From NCBI RefSeq assembly GCF_028641065.1, contig NC_073404.1:20398001-20462000 (forward strand): a stretch of 64,000 nt of DNA, written 5' to 3'. This stretch comes from Leucoraja erinacea. Its lineage: Eukaryota. This document shows, piece by piece, positions 50,561-63,725 of this stretch. The position numbers and the translations under genes were made by a program. Within the stretch, counting starts at the first letter, position 1. Every line of letters starts with the position of its first letter. A model generated the notes under the pieces. That model was not told the origin of the DNA, did no database searches, and saw only the letters and a program-made list of their open reading frames with translations.

Positions 50561-51529
50561 GTGTTGCCCTTCTACCCAACACGGCTAAAATCTGCGACGG
50601 TTTGCCCAGCTGGGATACTAAGCAAAGAATGCCCTTCATTGAAGCCAAGTGAAATGGGTGGAAGAACGGAATTTCTAATGACTGCTGACTGCGGGCCTTT
50701 GGTTGATACCCTCAGTTTCAGTCATACTCGAACAACTATAAGACTTGCCAACTGTGCAAATGGTTGGTCCTGTCATACTTTGACTTTTCAGGAGGTGAAT
50801 GACAAATGCCATAATGGTCTTTCGATCCAGATGTTTCAGCAGTTATTCAGCTCAAATACTTGTGCGTTTCTTCTGGACGGTAGGCAACATCTTCATCGTC
50901 GTTATTCTAGCATCAATTCATTGCAGCAATGCAGAATGTATGGCTACTATAAGAATGATAAGAGTTATTTTGGTGAAAATAATGCTGTCCCTCTTCCACG
51001 AGGGAACAGCACAATATACTATGAAATTTTGAAAGTGTCTCCAAATGCTACACATAGTCAGATCAAGTCTGCTTACTACAAGCAATCATTCATTTACCAT
51101 CCAGATAGAAATGCAGGCAGTGAGGTGGCAGCATTGAGGTTTACTGAAATCAATGAAGCATATTCAGTTTTGGGCTCTGTGAGCCTCAGGAAAAAGTACG
51201 ATCGAGGAATTCTGACTCCTGCAGATTTGCATGTTGGTAAAAAACTTTCAAACAAACCCCGAGTCTCAACAGTAAAACAAGCACAGGCTGAAAGTTCCGA
51301 AGATACGTTAAATGATGGGAAATCAAAGTTCAATTTCGATGAGTTCTACAAGGCTCATTATGGAAAACAACTGGAGATGGAGCAGTTACTTCGCTTGAGA
51401 AGAGAGCAGCATCGCAAAAATAGGGAAAACTTGGAAAGAAGATGGAATCTTCAAAAGCTAATGGAGATGACAGTGACTCTTATGGCTATTACAGGATTTG
51501 TGATCTTGTTCAGTTTCAGAAGCAAATAA
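50171..51529 (+). CDS. DNAJC30: DnaJ homolog subfamily C member 30 (mitochondrial J-domain protein, WBSCR18), single exon
   Basis: 452-aa ORF; J domain YYEILKVS...IKSAYYKQSFIYHPD...FTEINEAYSVLGSVSLRKKYDRG (HPD at 51098-51106), FNFDEFYKAHYGKQLE motif, C-terminal hydrophobic anchor; intronless like human; adjacent to BCL7B. The start codon actually used is uncertain. Confidence 0.93.
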   Translation: MALVCAGQSVLMYRGRDMGDRTKKVIVGSSSLRCGRGPGNNPGSTAAIVRQRSFGRSGTNGRRAPPGGRSVGGAPSSCPLAVSLVQCVQRRAMSAKLAPLLPLLPVRNSARWGPAKAGGRKVEFLSEILAVLPFYPTRLKSATVCPAGILSKECPSLKPSEMGGRTEFLMTADCGPLVDTLSFSHTRTTIRLANCANGWSCHTLTFQEVNDKCHNGLSIQMFQQLFSSNTCAFLLDGRQHLHRRYSSINSLQQCRMYGYYKNDKSYFGENNAVPLPRGNSTIYYEILKVSPNATHSQIKSAYYKQSFIYHPDRNAGSEVAALRFTEINEAYSVLGSVSLRKKYDRGILTPADLHVGKKLSNKPRVSTVKQAQAESSEDTLNDGKSKFNFDEFYKAHYGKQLEMEQLLRLRREQHRKNRENLERRWNLQKLMEMTVTLMAITGFVILFSFRSK

Positions 51530-51969
51530 ATGAATGTTAAGTTTCTGTAGGAATTTTTAATTCAAGATTACAAGTGCTGTCATATTAGCCGCAATTCATA
51601 AATCCACCCATGGTTGCAGTAGTTACTGAGTTCTTATAATTACTGCAAGGTATTTTACTGCTGCAATCATGTGAACCTTTGAGGGGGATAAAACAATGCA
51701 AATGCTGGAAATATGAAAATAAACTGGCATATAGAGTAGGCCAGATAATGTCTGTAAAGTAGCAAGGAATTGTTCTGAAATGGTGCTTTTATTCTTTACA
51801 TACTCAGGCTGACCTGTGTATAACTAACAACTTTTGCCATAAACATTTTTTCTTGATTCTTTTAATATTGCTAGTTTTTTATATTCATATTTCATTTGCA
51901 TATATAAAAAAATAACCATGCTTACGATGCAGCAGAAAATAGACTTTGAAAGCAACAGTTATTTTACAT

Positions 51970-52270
51970 CGAAGATAGACACAAAATGCTGGAGTAACTC
52001 AACGGGTCAGGCAGCATCTCTGGATGCTAGAAAAGGATTAGGTGACGTTTCGGGTTGAGACCCTTCTTCAGACCGAGTTAGGGGAGAGGAATACTAGAGA
52101 TTTGAAGAGGTTCATGTATCATATATCTAGTTTCCCTCTCCCCTGACTGTCAGTCTGAAGATGGTCTCGACCCGAAATTGCACCTAATCCTTTTCTCCAG
52201 AGATGCTGCCTGACCCGCTGAGTTACTTTGTGTCTATTTTCAGTGTAAACCAGCATCTGCAGTTCCTTTT
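51970..52270. repeat. Inverted pair of a Penelope-derived terminal repeat with hammerhead-like core (similar units near 1450-1710, 11600-11925, 15995-16125, 23815-23930, 26848-27070, 28130-28315, 48270-48460, 49390-49985, 56225-56660)
   Basis: GACACAAAATGCTGGAGTAACTCA.CGGGTCAGGCAGCATCTCTGGA...GGTGACGTTTCGGGT.GAGACCCTTCTTCAGAC and its reverse complement. Confidence 0.85.
52041..52074 (-). ncRNA. Candidate minimal type I hammerhead ribozyme (best-preserved copy)
   Basis: GGU-CUGAAGA-A-GGGU(CUCA)ACCC-GAAAC-GUC-ACC: full core, 4-bp stem II, 3-bp stem I, palindromic ACGU in place of stem III; activity untested. Confidence 0.5.
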
Positions 52271-55200
52271 TACAGTTATTTTTCATCAGCTGGTTGCTGA
52301 AAGGGAAAGGCTTAGCATGTATTTTATACAGTAACTACAATGTCAATGTATCGCTATTCATTATTTTATCATTTCTATACTCTCTCTTTTCACACGTCTC
52401 AGGTTACAGATTACTTCTAACAACCTTACAGAGGTAGTTGCAGTTTCAGTGAGCTTTTATCCTTTAAACCCACTGGTTGAAAATATCTAATTATTTTATC
52501 AAAAACTTTCAATCTTACTCTTATGCCTGACTACACTTAATTTTACACACTTCACTTTACCTAGCCATGTACAATCCCACTTTGGTACTGTTGCCTTTAG
52601 GTTCTCTGGACTCTAAGCTCTGAGATTCCCTCAAATCTCCTCTACCTCTTGATCTTTAAAACCTACCTTACTGACAAACCTTTTAGTTGCCTGCCAAAAG
52701 TGTTATTTGATATCAAATTTTATTTGAACACCTTAGAAACTTTTCCTACATTAAAGATATTACCGATGTGCAGGTTGTCCATTAAACATGAATTGGTGGG
52801 TTGCAAGTATATATTTCTTGGTGCAGTCACATTTGAAACTTCAATGTTAGGAGATGTACATCGCTGAAGGAATAAAAACAGATAACGAGTATAGTTAATG
52901 ATGTGATGCATGGATTGAACATTCAATTGGATGAGCCATTTAGTATTTTGATGCTGTTCTAACATTCTGTAAATCATGACTGCTTTGTGCCGGAGATATA
53001 ATTGCCTGCATTTGTTCTATAAACCTTATTACCTTGCCAACACAACCTTAATTTTGGAGAATTTCAGTGGCCTCAGTAAGCCCAATCTTACTGGGAACAA
53101 GAATTAACCATCCCATCTGCTTTCCTAATATTTCTAAATGGCCAAGTTTCATTTTTAAAGTAGTACCCTCTTTTCTGAACTCAGCACCAGAAGAAAAATG
53201 TTCCCGGTATTTTATTTATCAAATTTCTGTGCTCTTTGAAGCACAGTTTAAATCGTTCTCCCATCATTTTAATGAAATCATTTCTAATAATAGAATCACA
53301 AGTACAAACCAAGTAAACATTTTCCATGATTTATATTTCTTTCAACAAGTACTGCTATAACGCAACAATGTGTGTCTAAGAAATCTTGTGTTATAGAAAA
53401 TTACATTAGTAAAAAATTGTGTCAATGGGAGAAAAGGGGGTTAGGTGCTAGAGAAGTTTATACTTGCAATAACAACGTTTTTTCCCTGCAAGATTTTCAA
53501 AAACAAAGGTATTTTTAATAGCTTTGTTTATTGCTGTTACCGCAAGCTAAAAAATACTTAAAGCTATATGGTCACATTGTTTATTGACGTATCATTGAAC
53601 AAGCTGTCAATAGAAGCTATTGCTTGTCAATTTCAATGGGCACCAATGGTGAAACAAACAGATTGCATTAAAAGACAATAGTGTCTAATTACGGTGGGGA
53701 GGTTGTATTGAAACTAATTTATTTTCTCCTACCTGACTTTATTCCAAGACAGGTATTTTTTCTGCTTGGCAATTGGCAAATTAATTTCAACTGCTCCTCC
53801 AGTTCCTGAACTAAATCATCTTACATTCAATTTGGCCCATGTAATGCAAATAGTGTCCCCAGATTCATCAATCGGATTTTATCCAATTTATGGTATGCAA
53901 AACTAACATACTTCATGGGCCAAAAGCAAATGCAGTTTTCTAGAGGGGTTCCTTTTAAGTTAAGCATAACTTGTTCACTTTCCGTTCCAATTTTCGATAC
54001 ATAAAGGGCAACATTACAAAATCTTGCAGACAGGCCATAAAGCAATCAAGTTTGACACAAGAAAGGTACAAGGTTTAAAACGTTTCACTGTTCACGTTAA
54101 CTTCATTGGATCTAAGGTAAGTTTTACATTTTTATCCTTTTCAAAATAGCTAACACCATTGTAGCCAGTGTAATCTGTTTCACTTTATAATACTTGCATT
54201 CTCCTAATTCCGGGCACTGGATCACTCTCTAATTTGTCTATGGTTAGTGGCTGCATCTTAAGCTAATGTAATCCTTAAAGCCAAGAATTCACACCTTAAA
54301 CTGTTTCTATATCTTTCCTCTTTTCATGCACTAAACAACTGAGCAATCCTTTGGTCATCTGGCTTAACAATTCCTCATCTTCTTGCATATGGCGTGCACA
54401 GCCTAAAGTTGTAGGTCAAGGGTAGACATCCAGTCCAGGACAGCATCAGTTGCTGGGTGGATGGCTTCGATACCAGCAGGGAAAAGCCTCAGTGAGCAAT
54501 TCCTTATGACTAAATGTCATATTTTGTCATAAAAGATTCTTGTTAAGTACCGGGAGTTTTTTGCTACATAAAGTTGCCTTGGAGAAGTATAAGTTGTATA
54601 TTTTTTGCTGGTTTATGTGCTTTTATTTTGGAAGCCACTGGTTAGAAAATTTCATTTTCCTGAGGTTGTTACCTGATTAGTGGATAAATCCTAAATTAGT
54701 CAGGATTCATGTCAGAATAACGGAAGCATGGATTTACCGTTTCTGTATAATCTCTATGTTTTCATCTTTCTGGTTTACATTGTTAAGTCTTCTGAAATTA
54801 ATAAACATATATATATTATTTCCCCAGAAGTGTAGGTAATTTGCACAGCTGTGTAAGATCTAAGGTGAAGGACATTCTTACAGGGATTGCTGGCAACTTT
54901 TCTTACAAAGCACATGTTGGAAATGGATGGCGTTAATGCACAGAAGAATGTAGAATTTACATTTCTATGCACCAAATTACTACATATGCACTAAAATTGC
55001 CTTATTTTCCAGTGAGAAATAGTTTATAGTAAATTTTATGACAAACATAATCTGTTATGTGAGAGGCACTACTTAGTTTTATTGCTGTAAGTTATGGTCC
55101 TCAGAAAATTACCTCTAGGCTTTTATAACCATTTAAAATGTGTTCTGTCACATAAACAAGTAGGCATCCAAATGTGCAGGCATTAAATTATATGCTTGGT

Positions 55201-56959
55201 GACACTATATCACCTATGATACAGCTGAAAAAGAGGAACAGAACTGAATTTCTTTTCCAAAATATTATTCATACAATGGCATTAATTGGACATTAACAAT
55301 CTACATTATAATAAATTATACATGATGTTGTACTATTGATTTTTTGGCAAGAATATGAGAGTTTAAAAGCCTTGGCTATTATTTTCTATTTATTTTATGT
55401 GCACCTGTACATTCCTGATTAGAATTACTTGAAGATATGAAAATATAAAATAAATTTTATTTGTTTAACATGCTGATGGTTCAAATTTATGTGGTAGCGT
55501 CTCTGGGTATAAGGTTACAATGTCATGAGGTTGTTCTCACCACCAGGTTTTCATAGCATGAGCTTGGAATAGAGTCATACAATGTGGAAACAACTTCGGA
55601 CTAACTCATCCATGCCGATCAAGATGCCGCATCTAAGTTAGTCCCATTTACCCACATTTGGCATATATTACTCAAAACCTTTTCAATCCATATAATACCA
55701 TGTAGTTGGACACACTGGTAAGTTGTAATACTGTGAGATCGGTCACACTGCTATTATATAGTGGCATGAAGCTCATCACATTTCTGGGATATGAAGCTAG
55801 GAGGATGAACATGTTGAGGGCAGGATATAAGAGGCATGTCACATTGCTGGAACATGATACCATGTGGCTGGTCATGCAGGTTGGTTATAATGCCATGATG
55901 TTGATCATACTACAGGGATATTATGCCATAAGGCTCATCTTTCCGCTGAAAGATGATAGTGTCAAGCAAACCAACTGTCAGTGGACCCGATTTGGTTTCA
56001 GTTGTAAAACCAGCTCAATTTTCAAATCCTTAATGCTTTGTTTCAAGTTATCTGTGATCTTCCCTGTATTACCATGTTCTTCCCTAGTCATACAACTCTC
56101 CACGATCTCTGCAGTTCCAGATTTGCCTTTTTGTATATTCCTGTCCTAGATTCATTATTGACAGCCACTGTATAAATTGCAAATCCACAAGCTCAGGCAA
56201 CCCTTCACTGAGCAAATTACAAATCGCTGGGGAAACTCAGTGGGTCATGCAGCATCTGTGGAGGGAATGGACGGACAACATTTTGGGTTGGGATCCTTCT
56301 TCTGACTGGAGTAGGGAAAAGAGTGGTTGGGGGTGAGAGAAACCTAGTCAAGTGATAGATGGATGGAGGAGAAGGAAGGTGATTGGCAGATGTGTGGAGT
56401 ATGTTACAAAAGTTAGAGATTATAAGGAGACAAAAGGGTGTCAGGAGATTGTCAAGTGTTTATTTCGGAACGTAACAATACAATTCATGCAGCAGCACAA
56501 CAGGTTTGTAAACACACACTATACACAGTACTCAACAGATAAGGAAAGAAGAGAAGATAAATGTAAACCCAGAAGGAGATATATGGGTGGAAGAATATTC
56601 CAATCGATCCCTGTAAGTATGCTGCCTGACCCATTGAGTTACTCCAGCATCTGCAGTTACTCGTTTCAAGAGATTGTTGGCGGAATTGTCAGGGGTGATT
56701 ATAGAATCAGTTGATGATCGGGGGTTGAGGGGTGGCATGCTACTATTTTGCCAGGAATTTCAAGGATTTTAGTAAGTGCACCAGTTTGGCACTGCAATTT
56801 TATAATCACAATGTCCTTGCAGTATTGAGCATTGGGCACTTCAGCCCACTGAGATCCTCCAGTAGACGCACGGACCTGCAGTTGCTGGAATCATGAGCAA
56901 AAAAACAGAGATCATCACCTCTGTACGTATACTCTTTGTATCTGTTGTTTCATTAATAG

Positions 56960-56973
56960 CCAGCAGGTGGCAC
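56960..56973 (+). promoter_or_regulatory. Candidate CTCF site (CCAGCAGGTGGCAC)
   Basis: Exact fit to the CTCF core CCASYAGRKGGCRS; motif match only. Confidence 0.45.
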
Positions 56974-59900
56974 CTCAACATGGTTTATATCGAAGTCACA
57001 AGAAAATGCAGATGCTGGAATTGTGATGAAGGCATTCATCCATAACCTCGATGATGTGCTCATTCTTCCGTTGAGGGTTAAAAAGGTGCCATGTGACCAC
57101 GTCAGGCATCATTTCCAAAGCCAATCCCTCTCTTCTGCCATCCATAACTGCAATTTTCAGCTGGAGTTATTGAACTGTAAAAGAAAGTGAGAAACCACTC
57201 AGTTTCTTAAACAATTCTGAACCCAGGAAGTCCAGATGGGGACTCTCCATATCGCCAACAATGTAAAAGTGAATGAACTACATTAAGCTAAACGGACATA
57301 AAAATAATGCAGATGCTGAAATCTGAAAGGATTTGGATGAAAGATCCTAGACCTGAAACATTTCACTTTTGAAAGATGCTACCTTACCTGGTTTCCTCCG
57401 TTTCTGTTTTCATTTTGGGCTCAATAATTTGACCAGCACTGACTTGAGTTGATCATACTAAATGCTGACGTGACTAAAATGCAATCCTTGCACTCTGCAT
57501 CTTCCATCTTCCATCTTATTAACTATCTGTAATTATGATGTATTAATATAACATAATGTTATTTCTTAATCCCTGTCTATCTTATACTATAGTTTGCCAA
57601 CCAAGCATAGCTGACTTTCCCCATTATTCCCGCCATGTCCTTCCTCTTTCCTTCAACTCCCCTCATTCAGCAGGAACGGATGCCCGTTAGTGCAGGTTGG
57701 GCTCGTTGGGCTCATTGTGCTGCACAGCTCCAACCATGTCATACTACCAACTATTGACCATGTATGCTAACATTATACAAACCCCTATTGCTGCCATTGC
57801 CCTAACTTCACATAAGTAAGAATAGATACACGATGAAAAAAACCCCAAGAAACTAATCTTGAAACCCTTCAAAATCTTATGTACCGATTTGCCTCCCTCA
57901 CTTCACTGAGGGCATTAGATAAAATGTCCCTCCTTCATTTTCTTTTGGTTATACAGACTTCTCAGTGCTTTCATTTCACTTTATTTGAGCTTTTTACGCC
58001 AGGCTGGTATTTGTTCCCCTAATTTTACTTACAGTGAGAATACTTATAGCAGCTTGAAGAGTCACTCCCAATGTTGCAGAGATATGACTGTAACTGTAAG
58101 GCAATCCCTGCCAGATATCGTCTTCCCAAAGCCAAATCATCCCCCATATTTCCACTCACCCAGTACTTTCACATCGAGCCCACTTGTCCATCTGATTAGA
58201 GGGATTAGCATCAAGTGGGACCCCCACCACTACCCCCCTCCCTCCTCCCTTCCCCACCTCAGCTGCTTCTGTCATTTCACTTTCATCAAGGAGGAGTAAC
58301 TTAGCTCTCACCTGGTAACAAATATCACAACACCCAACAAACACCCAGCAATAATAAACCAATGCCATATCCCAAAGTAAATGAAATGAAATTGCAACCA
58401 ATTTACTTGCCTAAAACAACATGTTTTACAGCCTTTGGCAACAGAGGACAGCAGGCAACTGATTGAGCTAATTGTGTTGACAAGCACAGTCGGTGTCTTT
58501 TCCTCATGCGCATACAGACCTGCGAATTATTCGGCTGCCTCAGACAAAAGCCAGGGAGCCGGATATCTCTTCGTCTAGGAAAGGACTCAATAGCCTTGAA
58601 TATAAGCTTTGAATGTCCTTTGTAACATCAGTTTGGAATTAAATTAATAAATGTAGACACAAACACAATAATAAAAATATTGCAATGAGACAAAATGTAA
58701 ACATTTATGATCATGTACTGACATGATTATAACAGATTTCCCCCCCCCCCCCCCCTCCCTCCCGCCCACCTCCTGCCTCCCATCCCGCTCACACCCCCAT
58801 CCCCAGAACCCAGTGTCTGAATTCTTTTCACATTATAATTCTATCAATGATATACATCACCCTTGAAATCTAATGTGTAATGATCTCACCCTGTGGTGAA
58901 AGATACACTTCACCAACATCAGCTCCTCTCCCATTTGGGTTTTCATCACCAACTGACCGACAAATTAAATATTATTTTCCTTTCAAGCATCTGTTCCCCT
59001 TATCTAAACCATATAATTTAAGAAAAAAGGATCTAAATAATCACAAACTGCCTTTTCTACTCCAGTGAAAACAATCTCATTATATCACAATTCTCTATCT
59101 GATTGTAATTTCTTACCTTCAGTGTCATCCTGTATTATCTGGTTGAAATATCCTCTAATTTTCTCTGAAGAAGGGCACTCACAACTACAATAATTTACAA
59201 AGAATTATGTATTTTTACCATGTGGATTCACTGTTCATCTGTCTTTAATATGTCTTTAACATATTCCTATTAAGTTTTAATGCTGTATGCGTTATTTATT
59301 TTAATATGTATAATATTAAATAAACATTTTCATCTGTCTTTGCATATCAAAAGACCAACCAATCTACTTATATTCTCTTCACTGTTGACAGTTGTTTACT
59401 GGAATGTGATCTTTAAATACCCACCTTGCAATTCCCAAATCCTAATTCAAAGTCTATAAGCGGAGAATAAAAGTGGCTAGCATGTTTCACTGTAGGTTTC
59501 CCCCACTTTCTACCACCCTATTCGATTATGTTTAACCCATTTTACTATCACTGCTGTACCACTTTTTTCTACACTATTGACTAATATTTTATTATATGCT
59601 TTTTGTTGCGATTGGACTTGGTGCTGGTGAATTAAGGATGAAAATGCAGCCAGCATTTCTGCTGATGATTACTATCCAATAATCCCTTTTAGGAATGTCT
59701 GCCCTTCATGCCAGATATATTGAATGAGACTTTAATATATGCTCCCATCTCCCCTCCTGAGAGGATGTTAGTGTTTTGAAGAGCTCTTTTTACCCTAGCT
59801 GCTGCCTGTCTGTTATGCTTAAATTATCAACTAATTATCTGTTCATTATCATGTTTTTTGTTAAACATTTTCCAAAAATTAACAGCAGCACGCCCTATAT

Positions 59901-61887
59901 TAAACAAAAACATTTTAAAAATGTTACTGGGATCTCTGTAATAAAATCTCCCAGATGAATGCAAATCTTTCTGATGGGGTGAATAATTAAGAAATCTATG
60001 TACCCTCACAGACAGGGTATATATCAGAAAATACTGTTGGCCTCTGGAAGGAGGTCAATAGCTGTGGAGCTGAATATGAGAAAGGATTTAATTCCTTCAA
60101 CAAGGGAGGGAGGAATCGTAACAGAAACAGGGAAATCAATGTTCACTGGTTTATTGAGTCAGTGTTAAAATTATTGACCTTATCCAGAAATGTTTAAAAA
60201 TTCTCATTGAATTTATCATACACAAAAGTTTTTTTTCTGGTAGTTCTATCCCATTTATGAAGACTAAAGTGAACCACGTTATTACAATCCCTCAGATCAA
60301 AAGAGTATGTGGCTATGATATGCATTGCTAAAATAGTTTACCCTGCTCTGCTTAACAAAAGCCACACTCCCTGTGGTTACATGCTAGTACAGATACATTC
60401 ATTAAACTCTGTCTCTCTGTGGAGATGGACTCGGTGACCAGTACATCTACCTGGAGAGTTTCACTTACCAACATCTCGACGACAAGCATAATCAAGTCAG
60501 TCAGCTTATCATTTTCTCCTTAGCCTCCACGCTTTGTAAAGGTCACCTTCCTGTCTGTGTGGAATTCCCCTTCACACCAATACACCGTGGTAAAGAATGA
60601 ATTTCACATTTCACTTCTAATGCCAATGATCATATCTTCAGCTGCAGTATACTAAATTTACACAGTTACGGCGCAAGCTAAAACTCAGCAATAACTGGAG
60701 GTTGTTAGACCACCCGGAGGTAGGAGGGAGGACAAATTTCGACAATAGTGTCTGTATATCACTGCAGTTACAAATATGATCGATACAAAACCCCTGATGA
60801 AGAGTGGCTAGGCCTCAATCTGGTGGCCAATCCAGTTGAGTAAAATGTGGAATTGGTCCTGATGAATTTGTTCTTCCATTGATTCCAAAGAGAGTCAGGA
60901 GGCAGAGCCCAGTCAGGAAGGCTCCTCATCAGGGATTGGCCAACCTAGGGTTAAGCACATGATCACTGTATGGTGCACATTGAAGAAATGCCAGTCAGAT
61001 TATACTGTTAACAGCAAATTATGCTTCTCCCAACCATCAATGAGGGACAAATTCTCCTCCGTCAATGGGTGATGCTGTTCTCCCCTCAATATTGACCCCT
61101 TCCCCTTCATCGCTGAATGATGCCATCTCTCTCCCTGAATTAGTAAAAGCTTTCCTCATAAACAAATGCTACAACTGCTCTTTTATGCTTTAGTATCACG
61201 ACTTCTATCAATTAGTGACAGCTTCCTTGTACTCACTCAATAAACCACTTAATTCTATAAGTGAGATTGCACAGAAACCATATATTAATGAGTGGTGGAT
61301 TTCCCTTCAATATGTACTTCATTCTCTGATCTCTGTCCAACTATCAGATAGATGCCGATATTTGAAGGTTATGAAGTTGTGTGAAACATGAATTCAGTTT
61401 CACATCGATGTAAATTTATCTTAGTGCTTGTAAGTTTGGTGAATCATGTCCTACTCAAAATATTTTTGAAAAGGATTTCTTTGATTGTGTTAAGTTTCAG
61501 TTTCTCTGGTATTTTTGCAACCAACCTGAACACGTGGCACTGCCAGATACTGTGCCTTGCAAACCTCAAGAGCTTGACTGACTAAACCTGCTCCAGCCAC
61601 ACCTCAAAACAAGAGTTCAGAATATCCCATGGAGCAGGCAGTGAGTCATTCCCTGTTACTGCAGCTACTTCAGTTTCAGTACTGAAACACCACTGCCTTA
61701 ATGTTTCACTGTCAGGGCAGACAGTCATAGTAACATTAACAATGCCTTCTTTCTGCATTATGAACATTCCCCATTAGTTTATTCTTCCCAGGATAACATC
61801 AACTGCAGAACATTTCTCCTTTCTTTCCAATGAATTCGGTGCTTCCCCCTTGCTAGGCATGAAATGCAGCCACTCAGCCTAAATGAT

Positions 61888-62010
61888 GGGGTGGGAGATT
61901 GCAATCTTCACATAGTCCACCTTGTTTTGACGAATGCAATCAACCTGGCGTGCATAAACAGAAGATCAAACAGATCTTTAGATTGTGCACGCCATACGCA
62001 AGAAGAAGAG
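61888..62010 (+). repeat. Short dispersed repeat ending in (AAG)n; reverse-oriented copies near 24855-24976 and 54378-54418
   Basis: GTGCACGCCATACGCAAGAAGAAG versus TTGCRTATRGGCGTGCACAGCCTAAAGTTG; probably truncated LINE 3' ends. Confidence 0.55.
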
Positions 62011-63257
62011 AAAGCCTAAATGATTTAAAACTGAATCCTCAAATCTCCTGGTTCCAAAATGTATCACCCTCAATTGCTGAACATACAATGTCTGGGCAAT
62101 TGCAGCTCCCCAAAGTAGAGATCTCTGGAGAAGTACAAAGCCCTGATCAATGATCTTTCTTCTGCAGCCTAGTTCAAGCCTACCTTTGTTTCAAATGCAA
62201 GGCTCTACAGCTAGAAATAGTCAACCAGCATCATCTTAGAAACTCATAGCCTAGAAATTGTACTCACATGGCCTAGGCAAGACGGGCATGCCAACAAAAA
62301 ATCTAATCATGAGCCTTGCACTACACACTTTAATGTTTAGTATTGAACCACTGCTGTATTTCTTCCTGCATTTTCGGGAACACTAAACAAAATTTACCAT
62401 CCTGGACAAAATGAAGAGGGTTAGGTGTGAGGCAGGGTCGCCAGTCAGAGATGGGCATCAGCAATAAGGATCAGTGGGAATGGGTTTGACAATGAAGATT
62501 GAGCATAGCAAGGGAGGGGTTGCTTTTCAGGATCAGCACCAGGGCAAGGAGTTTGGTTTGAATGTCAAACAGGATTGGAAGGTTAGGGCTCCATGATATC
62601 AAGAAGTTGAGGCCTTAACAAATTAGTGGAGAGGAAAAGAGATTGCCCACGTTTCCCCACATTATACTTCACCCTATCCATTACCTTAACCTGCAAGGAG
62701 GAGTTTGTCTTCCTCACAACTCACTTTCCTCTCTTGCGTATCATCAGATAATTGCATACCATGCAGTTTATCTAAAATAAAATACATGGATTTTGAAAAG
62801 CTAATCTGTGTGGAAATCCACAAGCAACATTCTGTGATTTGAACATAACCCACTGATTATGCCTCTGTTTTATCTGGCTTTTTAAACAAATTCTCTCAGG
62901 AGTTCCTAATAGCTTTCCCAAATAATTTGGAAACTCCAGGTACTGATTAGAAACTAGTCCAGCATCCTTGGTCAGAATCAGGAATGGGGATTAGTGAATG
63001 GGAGTGCCAAGATCAAGAACCCCTCACTCTTTGGTCAATGATCTGAGGAACTCTCAAATTCTGCAAACTGATGCACTTGGAGAGCAATGTGAGTAATGAT
63101 CTAGTGTTTCTGTATAGTAATCTTGTGCCTCTGGTTAATGAACTGGTGCCCTGGAACAAATATCTGCAGTTCCTGAAAGGTAAACTGGTGTTGCTAGGTA
63201 TTGATGTGTCTTTAGATAATGATCTGATGGATCTGGATAGTCATCTTGAGTCACTAA

Positions 63258-63725
63258 AGTGCCTGTCCCACTTGGGCGACATTTTCGGCGACAGCCTGAA
63301 AAAAGGTTGTCGCGGCGTGACGCGATGTCTTCTTGCCGCCACTGGCATTTGGAATGTTCAAAATCTTTCCGCGACACCGCCCGGTGACGCACGGTCATGA
63401 CCTCGGCTAATTCATTTTGCGACAGCCTGCATCATCATGCATTGTCATGCGTCAACCTGTTGTCCTCAGATGTCGTAGACAGTGACGCAGCCTGTCGTAC
63501 CTTGCCATATCGTGTCGCTGGTGGACGTATGCCGACTTCGGCTGTTGCTGTTTGACGTCTGTGCGGTCACAGAATGTCGTAGTCGCTGCCGCATGTTGTC
63601 GTGTGTTTGTCACTGTTGAGGTCCTGGAAATTGTGGCGTCAGCTGATGCAGATTGTCGCAGGTTGACGTCAACTGTGTCTCAGTCCCTGACGGCCGCAGT
63701 CGCCGAAAAAAATCGAACAGGCCCT
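63258..63725. mobile_element. PIF/Harbinger-type MITE
   Basis: TAA|AGTGCCTGTCCCACTT ... ACAGGCCCT|TAA; internal GTCG-rich repeats like 2187-2776. Confidence 0.78.

Noticed and set aside
55706-56149. 147-aa plus-strand ORF
   Set aside because: Non-ATG start, no recognisable domain, next to CR1 debris
60470-60555. Minus-strand exon-like segment with a gtaagt donor
   Set aside because: Stops in all three frames; no resemblance to expected neighbours such as VPS37D, BUD23 or TBL2
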